Shown: in pieces, positions 45,353 to 55,600 of the stretch
Layout of the letters: each line of letters opens with the position of its first letter
Position numbering within the stretch: the first letter of the stretch is position 1
Virus record (IMG/VR): IMGVR_UViG_3300047539_000055
From: a virus
Lineage: Duplodnaviria > Caudoviricetes
Strand: one strand, 5' to 3'
Length of the DNA: 64,000 nucleotides
Notes under the pieces: model-generated
Told to the model about the DNA's origin: nothing
Seen by the model: only the letters and a program-made list of their open reading frames with translations
Databases searched by the model: none
Program-made: the position numbers and the translations under genes

Positions 45353-46204
45353 TCAATCGTCTGCATCTCGCTCTTGTTTCATATCGGCGGCGGTCCATAA
45401 TGGCACTTTTCCTAGCAATGTCAAATGGTCAGATTTGAACCACGCAGTGCTTTCGCAATCATAACCATAGGTAAAATCTGAAAATCCATCGTATGAAGAA
45501 CGACCAAAATTATAATGATGAACGCAATCAAAATGACGAGCGATATGTTGCCACGGAAAATCTTTCTGTAACAAATAACCAGAATCAAATCCTATCTCCC
45601 TTATCCTTTTCCATTCTTCGGGATCAGCATACGCCGTATTTTCCCTTCCAAGAGTAGCAAACATTTCATACATACATTTGGCATCATTTGTGGAATCAAT
45701 TTCACATACTGTAGTGCCTGGCTTTACATCATAAAGATAGCCAAGTTGTCCTTGACCTTTCATTTTATCTGGTAATCCTCCCTCTTGAACAAAATCATTC
45801 CAAGAACTTGTCCATTTTCCATTTGATTTTTCTTTTGCTGTGCTTGTCCATAAGGCAGAATTAGTAGGTTTTTGTCCACCGACATTTGGAGTAGTGTTAA
45901 CCAAAATTGGAGCGCCTTCAAACATAATACTTTCGTTGGCTAAATCAATCATTCGTTGATATTCTGGTTTAAGATTTCCTTCATCGTCATACGCATATTG
46001 AGCGCGGTTTTGAAAAATATAATCAGAAAATTCTTTTTTAGTGTGATAACTTTCTACTTTTCTTGGAACAAAAAGTTGCTTCGTTCCATTTGGCATTTTT
46101 GTCATCCCTTGCTCTTTATAATATTCAAGCATCTCTCGTTCGCGTTCCACAGGATCATATGGAGCCACAACTTTCTTTCGTCTTGTCAATTCTGTAAGTC
46201 TCAT
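45353..46204 (-). CDS. Putative head-cargo protein
   Basis: MRLTEL N-terminus; ANE|SIMFE|G linker; KP...LWTS and YGYDCES..WF block. Confidence 0.6.
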   Translation of the reverse strand: MRLTELTRRKKVVAPYDPVEREREMLEYYKEQGMTKMPNGTKQLFVPRKVESYHTKKEFSDYIFQNRAQYAYDDEGNLKPEYQRMIDLANESIMFEGAPILVNTTPNVGGQKPTNSALWTSTAKEKSNGKWTSSWNDFVQEGGLPDKMKGQGQLGYLYDVKPGTTVCEIDSTNDAKCMYEMFATLGRENTAYADPEEWKRIREIGFDSGYLLQKDFPWQHIARHFDCVHHYNFGRSSYDGFSDFTYGYDCESTAWFKSDHLTLLGKVPLWTAADMKQERDADD

Positions 46205-47547
46205 AATTCTACGCTATTAACTCTATGTACTTTCTTGTGACAGGGTTCACAAAGAGTAAGTCCATTATCAATATCAAATCTAAGTTCTGGATATTTAGCA
46301 AATTCTTTAATATGATGAGCATGGAGGAATCCAGTTGCTTTACAATCCATACATTTATATTCATCCCGCTTAAAAACAGATTTTCTCCAATTTTGATATT
46401 CTTCACTTTTTCTTATAAGAGCATTGGCACTTGCTTTAAAGCCATCCCATTCACTTTCTGTAATTCCTTGTAAAGTACAACTTATCTTTTTACGAGTTGC
46501 TTCTCGTTTTGTTTGTTCTCCTGGCAAATAACAACTTTCCAATCCTAATTTAATTGCCTTCAGTCTAATGGCATCATGTGTTTTCCCCAATATTTCTGAT
46601 ATCTCTTTAAAAGTTTTGGTTTCTGATAATTCGATAAGATTTTCTATTTCACTATTTGTCCAAATACGATCTCTTCTTTTAATATTTCTATATCGCATTG
46701 ATCTTATAATATTTGCGCCTGTGCAACCAAGTTCTTTTCCAATCTGTTCTGATCCTTTCTTTTTCCCCCAATATTCACAATATAACCATGATCTATTACT
46801 AATTGGTTTTTCATCTTCTTTTAAACTTTGACCAGCCATAAGAACTTGTTCTAAAATATTCTTTCCAACAGACTGACCAATTGATTCGTGTAAAATCATC
46901 GCATTATTTTGTATACAGTGACCGCCGATTCCACCAGGATAATCTTTCAACACCGGCCGTTGAACATTTTTCATACCAAGAGATGCATATCCAGAATTAT
47001 AGCTTTTATTTGCTTGCGTGTAAACCAAATCAAAATCTAAACCAAGTTGATCACAATACGCTTTGACCGCTTTTTCAAAAACTATATTCCAACCATAATA
47101 AGTGGTATCCCACAACTTCATCGCTTCTGTGGTTTCTGATTTTGGAGTGGTTACACAATCAATACCAAGCTTTCTAAAAACAACAGCCGCTTCTTCTGCT
47201 CTTGCTCCACCAAAATATTTGGTGAAGGTATAAATTCCACTAACCAAATGTGGATGAACTCCACGAATCGGAGAATGCACAGCATTGAAATAAGATGAAG
47301 TGCTAACATCCACAGTGGAATGGATAATTACCAATCCATCCTTGGTAAGATATTTATCAAGATATTTTTGAACTGCGTCTACAAATTCATCATTGAAAGG
47401 AATACAGATATGAATAATGCTGAATTTAGCTGATATTGGTAATACCCCAATATCCAGCCCTTCAACTTTTAGAAATTGTCCTTCGGATAGCACAGTTATT
47501 AATGCCTTACCAACTTGACCTTTACTACCAATTACGAGATGGCTCAT
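46201..47547 (-). CDS. Nucleotide-sugar dehydrogenase-like domain fused to HTH and HNH endonuclease
   Basis: GSKGQVG, IHSTV, GIGGHC; then W...VFKRD.YKC..C.....AHH...NGLTLC..CH. Confidence 0.8.
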   Translation of the reverse strand: MSHLVIGSKGQVGKALITVLSEGQFLKVEGLDIGVLPISAKFSIIHICIPFNDEFVDAVQKYLDKYLTKDGLVIIHSTVDVSTSSYFNAVHSPIRGVHPHLVSGIYTFTKYFGGARAEEAAVVFRKLGIDCVTTPKSETTEAMKLWDTTYYGWNIVFEKAVKAYCDQLGLDFDLVYTQANKSYNSGYASLGMKNVQRPVLKDYPGGIGGHCIQNNAMILHESIGQSVGKNILEQVLMAGQSLKEDEKPISNRSWLYCEYWGKKKGSEQIGKELGCTGANIIRSMRYRNIKRRDRIWTNSEIENLIELSETKTFKEISEILGKTHDAIRLKAIKLGLESCYLPGEQTKREATRKKISCTLQGITESEWDGFKASANALIRKSEEYQNWRKSVFKRDEYKCMDCKATGFLHAHHIKEFAKYPELRFDIDNGLTLCEPCHKKVHRVNSVEL

Positions 47548-47556
47548 ATAATATCC

Positions 47557-48351
47557 TTATACAAATTTGCTAAATGCTTCTTGTAATGCAGAAGTTAGTC
47601 CACCATCCTTTTCACATGGTAATGAACAAAATTGTTGATCTACACTATGTACATTTTTGAAAGTATTCTGACAAGATGGACACACTTTTTTAGTGGCGTG
47701 ACTTGCATTTTGAAATTCCTTATATGATAGCACCTTTCTTGTCTTTTCATTTTTTGACTCACGCCAAAACGCCATAGCTGGACTATAGGAACGAACGGGT
47801 TCTGGTTCTGCCATTGTTGCCCAATTTTGTATTTCTTCTTTTACTTCATCTTTTTTTCCCTCCCAACTTGGATATAATGGTGGAACTGAATATTCCACAG
47901 TAAACCAATCACCGGGGGTTCTAATTTCCAATGCGGCAAAAACTCTTTGTAAAGTTGCTTCATCCTTATTAGCAAATTCAATTACTGTATGAGCATATCC
48001 AACTGTTCCTGCAAAACGAACTCTAACAGTTCCACTTAAAAGACTAGGATCATCATGCATTCGTGCAACTACATCACGCAACTCATAATGCATTCTACCA
48101 ACATAAACATGATTTTTGGGAGTAATCAAAGCGGCAGGGTGATCTATGTTAACTTTTTTAAGTTTTGCAAATTGGTTACGTGTGGCTTCATCCAAAACTT
48201 CTCTATCGCCAATTTCTGGCGTAATGCCACAGCCAAAAAATTTCTTACTCAGAGTTCCTTTCTTTGGATTCCCACCAAGCACAGGGCCGACAGATGCAAC
48301 TTTATCAGTTGCTCTTAGTGTTCCAGGTTTAGATGACTTTTTCTTTTTCAT
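47557..48351 (-). CDS. Hypothetical putative head-cargo protein
   Basis: VLDE|A and LQE|A sites; C-terminal CPSC...FCSLPC. Confidence 0.55.
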   Translation of the reverse strand: MKKKKSSKPGTLRATDKVASVGPVLGGNPKKGTLSKKFFGCGITPEIGDREVLDEATRNQFAKLKKVNIDHPAALITPKNHVYVGRMHYELRDVVARMHDDPSLLSGTVRVRFAGTVGYAHTVIEFANKDEATLQRVFAALEIRTPGDWFTVEYSVPPLYPSWEGKKDEVKEEIQNWATMAEPEPVRSYSPAMAFWRESKNEKTRKVLSYKEFQNASHATKKVCPSCQNTFKNVHSVDQQFCSLPCEKDGGLTSALQEAFSKFV

Positions 48352-49742
48352 TAGTTTGACACCACGCTTATTTTGAAATCTTTAACTGTAAGTCTTGGTC
48401 TGAGTGAAAGTGGTAATTCTATTTTATATCTCTCAAAACTTCCCACCGCATAAACTACATCATCTCTAGTTTCCACATCTGCAACAATATATCTACGCTC
48501 CAACGTATAATTTATTTTTCTAACCAAGACATATAATGCGGCTCCTCTTTCTTCACTTTTACGATTAAAATAATTATATCCGATTGTTTTTGCCGCTAAA
48601 CGAATCCCTTCCTTTACTGCATCAAGAAGTTTCGTACCTGGTTTGAAATCGTATCGTTGCTTATCAAAAGTTTCAATATGCCAATTTGGAAATTCTTTTT
48701 CAAATGCTTCTTTCACATCATAAGTAAAATGTTCTCGTACATCTGTTGGCATAACATACATTGATTTGGTCTTCGGATCAAGTTTCAAATACCCGCGATC
48801 ATAACTATCAAAATGGGGTGCAAATCCACCTGTCATTCGTCTCTTATTTATAATGTCATGAAATCGAGTGGTATGCATTGCATAATGTCCTTTACGAATT
48901 GTCAATCCATATGTTGGATAATAAATCCATAGATATGTTCCAAACCTTGTTGTATCTTCTACACCCTCGACTACTCGCTTCGCTGGACTCCTCTTTGCAG
49001 TCCAAGGAACCACCACAAAGTTATTGCTTCTAATTCCTGGTCGCAAATTTTCTGGCGGCGTAACCACATACTTTTCGTATGTTCCTTTTACCAAAAGAGA
49101 GTTACCAAGTCGTGTTATCTTTGCCACAATATATCTACCAGCCAATCTTTGCGCAATTTCCTTCTTCAATAGTTCCAAACGCTCAAGAGAATCACTTTTT
49201 TCGAAAGTACCACCTGGCGGATCAAATCTTATAGACATACGAGCCAAATCAATGTATTCATCAATTCCATCTATAATTGCCTCTTTTACCGCCCCCATTG
49301 GTTTCCAATTATCTCCTTTATAGGAATCAAACTTGACAATCTCCCAATTTGGAAATGTTTTTTTGAATATCTTCTCCATTGGATGTGCAAAAAATTCGTG
49401 AACATCTGTTGGATAGAAATACAATACATGATTATCTACATCGGTTTGAGCATATCCTCTATCAAAATCATCATAATCAGTATCAGACTGATTCATTATG
49501 TTACCAAAAACTCTGCCGTGGGCCGCGTAATTTCCTTCACCAATGAGCAATCCTACAGTTGGATCATAAATCCATACATACTTTCCAGTAAATCTTGGAT
49601 TACTAATATCTGCATTACGCCATTTAGCAAGCGCTTCGTTCTTGGCAGGTTCATATAAACCTCGTGTATGGACAGGTTCATTAGTCTCTATCCATTCATC
49701 ATCACCAGACGAGTTAGATTGCCAAAATTCTTGTAACAGCAT
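48351..49742 (-). CDS. Putative head-cargo polyprotein with A-B-A-B domain duplication
   Basis: Two copies of Y.WIY.PT.GL...H...DRGY...PTDV.E and two of RYIVA......G..E.Y....P..LRP. Confidence 0.7.
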   Translation of the reverse strand: MLLQEFWQSNSSGDDEWIETNEPVHTRGLYEPAKNEALAKWRNADISNPRFTGKYVWIYDPTVGLLIGEGNYAAHGRVFGNIMNQSDTDYDDFDRGYAQTDVDNHVLYFYPTDVHEFFAHPMEKIFKKTFPNWEIVKFDSYKGDNWKPMGAVKEAIIDGIDEYIDLARMSIRFDPPGGTFEKSDSLERLELLKKEIAQRLAGRYIVAKITRLGNSLLVKGTYEKYVVTPPENLRPGIRSNNFVVVPWTAKRSPAKRVVEGVEDTTRFGTYLWIYYPTYGLTIRKGHYAMHTTRFHDIINKRRMTGGFAPHFDSYDRGYLKLDPKTKSMYVMPTDVREHFTYDVKEAFEKEFPNWHIETFDKQRYDFKPGTKLLDAVKEGIRLAAKTIGYNYFNRKSEERGAALYVLVRKINYTLERRYIVADVETRDDVVYAVGSFERYKIELPLSLRPRLTVKDFKISVVSN

Positions 49743-49754
49743 TTCAATTCCTCT

Positions 49755-49955
49755 TTATGTTCTTTTGATCAACGTAGGACTAACGGTTTTACGATCTTTT
49801 CTATTCTTTTTGATTGTGCTATATATTGAAGAGGCTGGATCACCGCCAAAAAATTGACCTTTTGGTGGGGTTCCGCCAGCAATCGTGGTTCCCATATTTC
49901 CGGCCGAAGTTGACCCTCCAGATGATGTTTCTTGAATGATTTCAGAAATTCTCAT
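49755..49955 (-). CDS. Small putative head protein
   Basis: MRISEIIQE|TSSGGSTSAG; TAAATA upstream. Confidence 0.6.
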   Translation of the reverse strand: MRISEIIQETSSGGSTSAGNMGTTIAGGTPPKGQFFGGDPASSIYSTIKKNRKDRKTVSPTLIKRT

Positions 49956-49997
49956 AGTTCACCTTCAGTATTTACCAATCTTTTGAGATTTCCAAGA

Positions 49998-51758
49998 TTA
50001 TTTTCCTTGTAAATCAATTCTGAAATAACTATCACCGTCAGAATCTTTCAATTTTTTCACTGAATATCTTTTAGCCAATTTTTCCCACGCCGATTTAGCA
50101 TACAGTGATCTTGTAAAATCACTAACAATATAAGAATATCCAGCTTTTTTGGCTTCATGAATCATTCTATCGTATAGCATTTGACCAAGACCAGTATTAT
50201 GCCAGTTACCTCTTTCTGTTAATTTACTTGTAGTTATTTGAATGCCATTGAGTTCTATACACGAAATGTCTCCACAACTATCAGATTTCATTGGGCGAGC
50301 TATTATTACCCCTTCACTAAAACCAGAAATATTATTTTTATCAATTGCTCTAATTTCTATACCATTTTCGTCACTTTTTACTTTCCACGTCAACTTTGAA
50401 ATCTCGGCATCACGATCATTGTAATGACGATAACCGAAATCTGGAGACTCAGCCACTTTTATTCTGCTCAAGACAATATAAAAATATGAATGAGGAATGT
50501 ATGTATGTGAATCTCTATATCGGACTGGATATCTCTTTCTCAACTTTTCCCATGCCTGATCAGCGTCATAACTTCGTGTAGTATCCGAACGAAATTCTCT
50601 ACAACCTTTTGACTTTGCCAAATCAATAGCCTTGTCATATAACATTTGTCCAAGACCAGTTCCTTTCCATTCCTTTACAATTTCGCTTCTCAAAACATTC
50701 ATACTTGATGATGAGAATATAAAACTAAGAACCATTTTTCCAATTTCATTATTTTCATTTATTGCTTCTATTATAAATGATTGATGATCTACATTCTTGG
50801 GGCCACTTCTTATATTAAACTTTACTGATGACAATTCTTTATCACGATCATTGAATCGTGAATACCCAAAATCTGGAGACTCCTTCAATGGAATTTTTGT
50901 CAGGTCAATTCGATAAACTGTTTTCAATGCGTTTGCTGGGCCTTTCTTATTTGGAACTTTTTCAACTGAATATCGTTGTCTCAATCTATCCCATGCACTT
51001 TCGGCATCACTTGTTCTGAAAAATCCAGACTCAAAATAATGATAACCCATTTTCTTTGAGAGTTGAATTGCTTTATCATACAATATTTGACCAACGCCAG
51101 TTCCTTGCCATTCGCGAGTTATTTGAATTCGTGTAACTTCTATAACATCATTATTTCCAAATGAAAAACAACGAATTTTTGTCCATGGATCATTTTGAAT
51201 GTTAATCTCAAATCCAGGAGCATTTGGTGGTTCTCTTTCCACAACGAATTTGATTTTCTTTATGTCCTTATCTCTGTTGTTGAATTGAGAGTAGCCAAAA
51301 TCTGGAGACTCTCTCATAAAAAATTTCTTGACATTCATTGGATTATATCGTTTTCTCGCTTCCCACGGAGCCTTCAAAAACATTTTGGATGACTTATAGA
51401 TAAAAATATCTCGCGGAGTAAAAATTACATTTGAAACTTTGAAAAATTGTTCACGCTTTTCACTCCATCGTTCATATTTTCCAAACGGAATATCAATATC
51501 GTAACATTCTTTACCCATCCACGCTCTAACCCAATAATGATCGTTATCCTTATCAATAATAGATGTTTTTACGCCGAAAATATCATATTTAATACAGTTT
51601 GCCATGACTTTCGCAACATCATTACATAATCCATAAGAACCTCCCCAATTATCATATTCCCATTGAACTTTTTGAACCACATAAGGCTTCAAGGCCATCA
51701 GCGCAGCCTTCAATGGTCGTTCAATAACGGATTCAGAAATCAAATCATCAACAAACAT
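49998..51758 (-). CDS. Polyprotein with three tandem GNAT acetyltransferase domains
   Basis: GTGVGQILY, GTGLGQMLY, NTGLGQMLY, each preceded by ESPDFGY. Confidence 0.8.
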   Translation of the reverse strand: MFVDDLISESVIERPLKAALMALKPYVVQKVQWEYDNWGGSYGLCNDVAKVMANCIKYDIFGVKTSIIDKDNDHYWVRAWMGKECYDIDIPFGKYERWSEKREQFFKVSNVIFTPRDIFIYKSSKMFLKAPWEARKRYNPMNVKKFFMRESPDFGYSQFNNRDKDIKKIKFVVEREPPNAPGFEINIQNDPWTKIRCFSFGNNDVIEVTRIQITREWQGTGVGQILYDKAIQLSKKMGYHYFESGFFRTSDAESAWDRLRQRYSVEKVPNKKGPANALKTVYRIDLTKIPLKESPDFGYSRFNDRDKELSSVKFNIRSGPKNVDHQSFIIEAINENNEIGKMVLSFIFSSSSMNVLRSEIVKEWKGTGLGQMLYDKAIDLAKSKGCREFRSDTTRSYDADQAWEKLRKRYPVRYRDSHTYIPHSYFYIVLSRIKVAESPDFGYRHYNDRDAEISKLTWKVKSDENGIEIRAIDKNNISGFSEGVIIARPMKSDSCGDISCIELNGIQITTSKLTERGNWHNTGLGQMLYDRMIHEAKKAGYSYIVSDFTRSLYAKSAWEKLAKRYSVKKLKDSDGDSYFRIDLQGK

Positions 51759-51759
51759 T

Positions 51760-52641
51760 TTACCACATACCCCTTCTTAGTTTTAGTTGTTTTCCATCCC
51801 ATTGAAATGCTTGATAGTATTCGGTTCCAGAACCAGTCTTCAATTCAAAATCTACTAAGTCTGATATTCTCTTCATCTCCCTAATAGTAAAACTTTCCAG
51901 TTTTGGAGACATTTTTTGTATAGTTTCAAAATAAGAAAACCCCTCATGAACAACTACACGAAGCAACCCTGCTTTATACGCATCCTCATAATCATGAAAG
52001 AAACCCATCATCTTAGCAGTTCCTAAATGTGTTCTTTCATATCCATTTGGAACAAATCTACCACTTGGAAATAACCAACCATGACCATTGATCGGCGCAG
52101 TTTTACTACCAACCCTTTTTATAAACTCGGAAGATCGCCATTTTTCAATGGCCCATTTGTCAACTGCTTTCTTTGCGGGTGAATTGAAATCTTCATAAAC
52201 GTTACGTTGTCGTCTTTGTGGAACTAACTGTCTTCCATCCCAATCAAATCTTTTTTGAAAGCCAGTTCCAGAGCCACTCACAAATTCTAATCCATAACCT
52301 TTAGGAAACCTTTTTATGGCCTTCAAAACAATCTTTTCCAATTCTGGAGACATACGTTTGTCGGTTTCTAAATAAGCTTCGCCGTCGCCGCCTCTACCAA
52401 ATCCCATAAATGCTACACGAAGTAATCCAGCAGTAAAGGCTTCATCATACCCACGACCATATCCCATTTTGTCGGCCATCGCTACATGACTTCTTCCTCC
52501 ATTTGAAATAAATGTTCCATCTGGAAATAACCATCCTTGATCAGTAATCGGCACAGTTTTACTTCCATACTTCTTCTTATACTCAAGAGGAGTAGGAGGT
52601 TTCTGCCGATAAACTTCGGGAATGAAATCTTCAATCAGCAT
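51760..52641 (-). CDS. Two-domain repeat protein (GWLFPxGxF...H...G..R domain x2)
   Basis: Internal duplication joined by VYE|DFNSPAKKA. Confidence 0.7.
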   Translation of the reverse strand: MLIEDFIPEVYRQKPPTPLEYKKKYGSKTVPITDQGWLFPDGTFISNGGRSHVAMADKMGYGRGYDEAFTAGLLRVAFMGFGRGGDGEAYLETDKRMSPELEKIVLKAIKRFPKGYGLEFVSGSGTGFQKRFDWDGRQLVPQRRQRNVYEDFNSPAKKAVDKWAIEKWRSSEFIKRVGSKTAPINGHGWLFPSGRFVPNGYERTHLGTAKMMGFFHDYEDAYKAGLLRVVVHEGFSYFETIQKMSPKLESFTIREMKRISDLVDFELKTGSGTEYYQAFQWDGKQLKLRRGMW

Positions 52642-52642
52642 T

Positions 52643-55600
52643 TTACCACGCCCTTCGGTTCTGTGAAACTAATTGTTTACCATCCCAATTAAATCTTTTA
52701 TAAAATGGAGAACCTGAACCGCTAATAAGAGTTGCATCTTGGGAACTGCGCATTCTTTTGATTGCTTTTATGACAAGATTTTCCAATCTTGGTGACATTT
52801 GTTGTGACGTTTCAAATTGATGAATATATATTGACAAACGAATCAAACCTGCTTCATACGCCGCATCATATCCATATTTGAATCCCATTTTAAGGGCTGT
52901 CGTTACATGACCTCTTGTTATTCCATTTGGAACAAAAGTTCCATTTGGCAATAACCAACCATCATCATCAATCGGGGATGTTTTACTACCATTTCTTTTT
53001 ATAAAGGCTACGCCACTTGCTTTCGTAGCGGGTGTATCGTAGGATTCAAATATATGATTTGCGGCGAATCTTCCACCACGCGGCGGAATCAAAGAATCTT
53101 CAACCGGAACGTAAGCCATGATATCTTTGTCACCACGTAGATAGGCAGCATAGGCGCGATGATGCCCATCTACAATTGGGCTATCATCATCCCAATAATC
53201 GCGAGGCTGAAGAATAACCGGAGGAAGTGGTGTTAATCGACTCCCATACTCTTTGGCTTGCTCTTCACTGAAACAACCCTCTTCAGCCCGAATCAAATCA
53301 AGAGGTACCTTCTTAAGCTCGTACCAATCAGCTTGGAGAAGATGATTAACTTGCTCAGGTGTGACTGAGTGATGCCACAGAGACGCCAGATGCTTTGCTA
53401 CGTCATCACGGCTAATTAGGGATGATGCCGTATGAACGAAAAAACTGTGTCTTGCTTTCGTAGCGGGTGAACCGTAGGATTCATACATATTACGTCGTTT
53501 TGCGTTCCGAACAAATTCTTTACCAGTCCATTCATATTCATCATTTCCAAAACTTTCACCACATAAAAGAAAAATATTTGGAAACGAAGACTGAATATCT
53601 GTGGCTATCTTTTCTGATCTTTTGCAAACCCGTTCATATGGTAAAATAGTTTGAATAACACATTCTCCTCTCCCTTGACAAGAAACATGAAGCCATCCTT
53701 TGCGCCAAGCAGATGTATAAGTTTTAATACCAGCCTTTTTCAAAGTATTCCAATGTCCTTCCCCTGGCGCATTTGGAATAAACTTTCCTGTTGGCAATAA
53801 CCAACCATCCTGACCAACTTGTTGTACGGAGATGCCTTCATTTATGGACTCATCCCTTCGTCTATAAGTATCAAAATATCTACCATTCCATTCAAGTGTC
53901 TTCTTTTTGAAACCTGACTCTCCCCATATTGACAATATAATGCTTGGATACTTTTGTGCCAAGCGTGTACGAACTACATTCATTAATTTTTTACTATTTT
54001 CTGTTCCAACTGTTGTAGTATCTAACTCAACAGTAGTTCTATTCAGGATATATAAATGAATCCATCCCTCCTTATATGCTTCTTTATAAGAATCCATACC
54101 ATGATCACGAAGTATCATAAGATGATTAGATAATCTAAAATTGAGTGGTATAAACTTTCCACTGGGTAGTATCCAACCATCATCGTTGATTTGATTATCA
54201 ACGGCTTCCGTCACTGGTTCTTTTGGAATATATAATTTTCCTGTTTTTATATTTCCTACTAGAGAATATTTGAATCTATCGCCAGTATATATTGTAATAA
54301 AGTTGTTTCCATAAATCCCATTAATACGATTAGCAATTTGTAGCCACTTTGGGCCGTGACCGTCTATATCTACTTCTTCTGTACCTGATCCATCATCGTC
54401 ATCATCATTTTTAGACCAATTCGGTTCAGACTCCTCATCTTCTATATCTGGTTTCTCATTGTCAAGCCAACGCGGGAATATATTATTTAAAAAATCTTCA
54501 ACATGGCACAATTCATGAGCCAAAACAGATTTATAAATAAACGCATCTCTTGCCGCATCTGGATTGATTCCTACATACAAGGTATGATTAATTGCCCAAT
54601 AAGTAACACCCAAACAATACTTTTTCATTTTTACTGAATGTATCCCTATTGGTGGAACTTTACTAATTTTGAAATGTGATAACAATTCATGAAGAATGTC
54701 ATCTCTTTCTGCTTGAGAAAGAATAGCCTTACGAAACATTCCAGCGTTGGCTCTATATCCATCTTCCGTTATTGAGTGTCCTTCAAAAATTTGGTTCAAA
54801 TTTTCTTTAACTTCTACAAGTTCAGAAAAATTATATATATCATTTGCCTCTTGAATCGGAACCCCAAGTCTTTTAGCAGCCTTCTTCATAAGAATCATAA
54901 CATCCTTATCGCTAATAGAAGAATTCATCGCTGATCGCCATATTTGAATTTTTTGCTGGACGGTTGCTTGTGGATCACGAAGAATATCTCTCATTGGTGT
55001 AGCTCGTGGTCCTGCCTCGGTACTACTTGGGTCACCAGTTTCTTGGCGGCTAATGACATCAATCTTGTCAAATGAAAAGGGAATTTCCCCTTTGTTATTT
55101 GATACTCCGTTATATTTTTTTACGTAACTCAATGCGTTAACTTGATCTTCACCAACTACTACCGTTAATTGGGTATATCCCATTTCTTGTAATTTACGAA
55201 GAACGCGAGTTAAATCTGGCATTTCGTCTGTTGCTGCAAAAAATATTTTCTTTTGGGACGGAAAAACCTTACGATAGATGGCAAGTTTTTCTCTGGGAGT
55301 AATTGGATCATCCTTCCCCATGGTACGACTTACTACGAAGTACGGATCGCCTCCCATTTTCTTCGCTTGAGTAAGAACACTGCTGGCAAGAAACATATGT
55401 CCTTTATGTCCCATACCTCTTCCCCATCCAAGCACAGCAATTTTGCTATTACCAGTTCGTTGCAAATCCTCTTGAAGACGATCAGCCTTCATTTTTGGAT
55501 TCCAATTTTTTTGATCAATAGCTTTAATGAATTGACCGGGAAGATCATACTTAAATTTTTTATCAGAATGAGCTTGAACATATCCCTCTGGATTTGTTTG

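Noticed and set aside
49998-54200. Diversity-generating retroelement behind the repeated domains
   Set aside because: No reverse transcriptase in the window, and repeat differences are not adenine-specific
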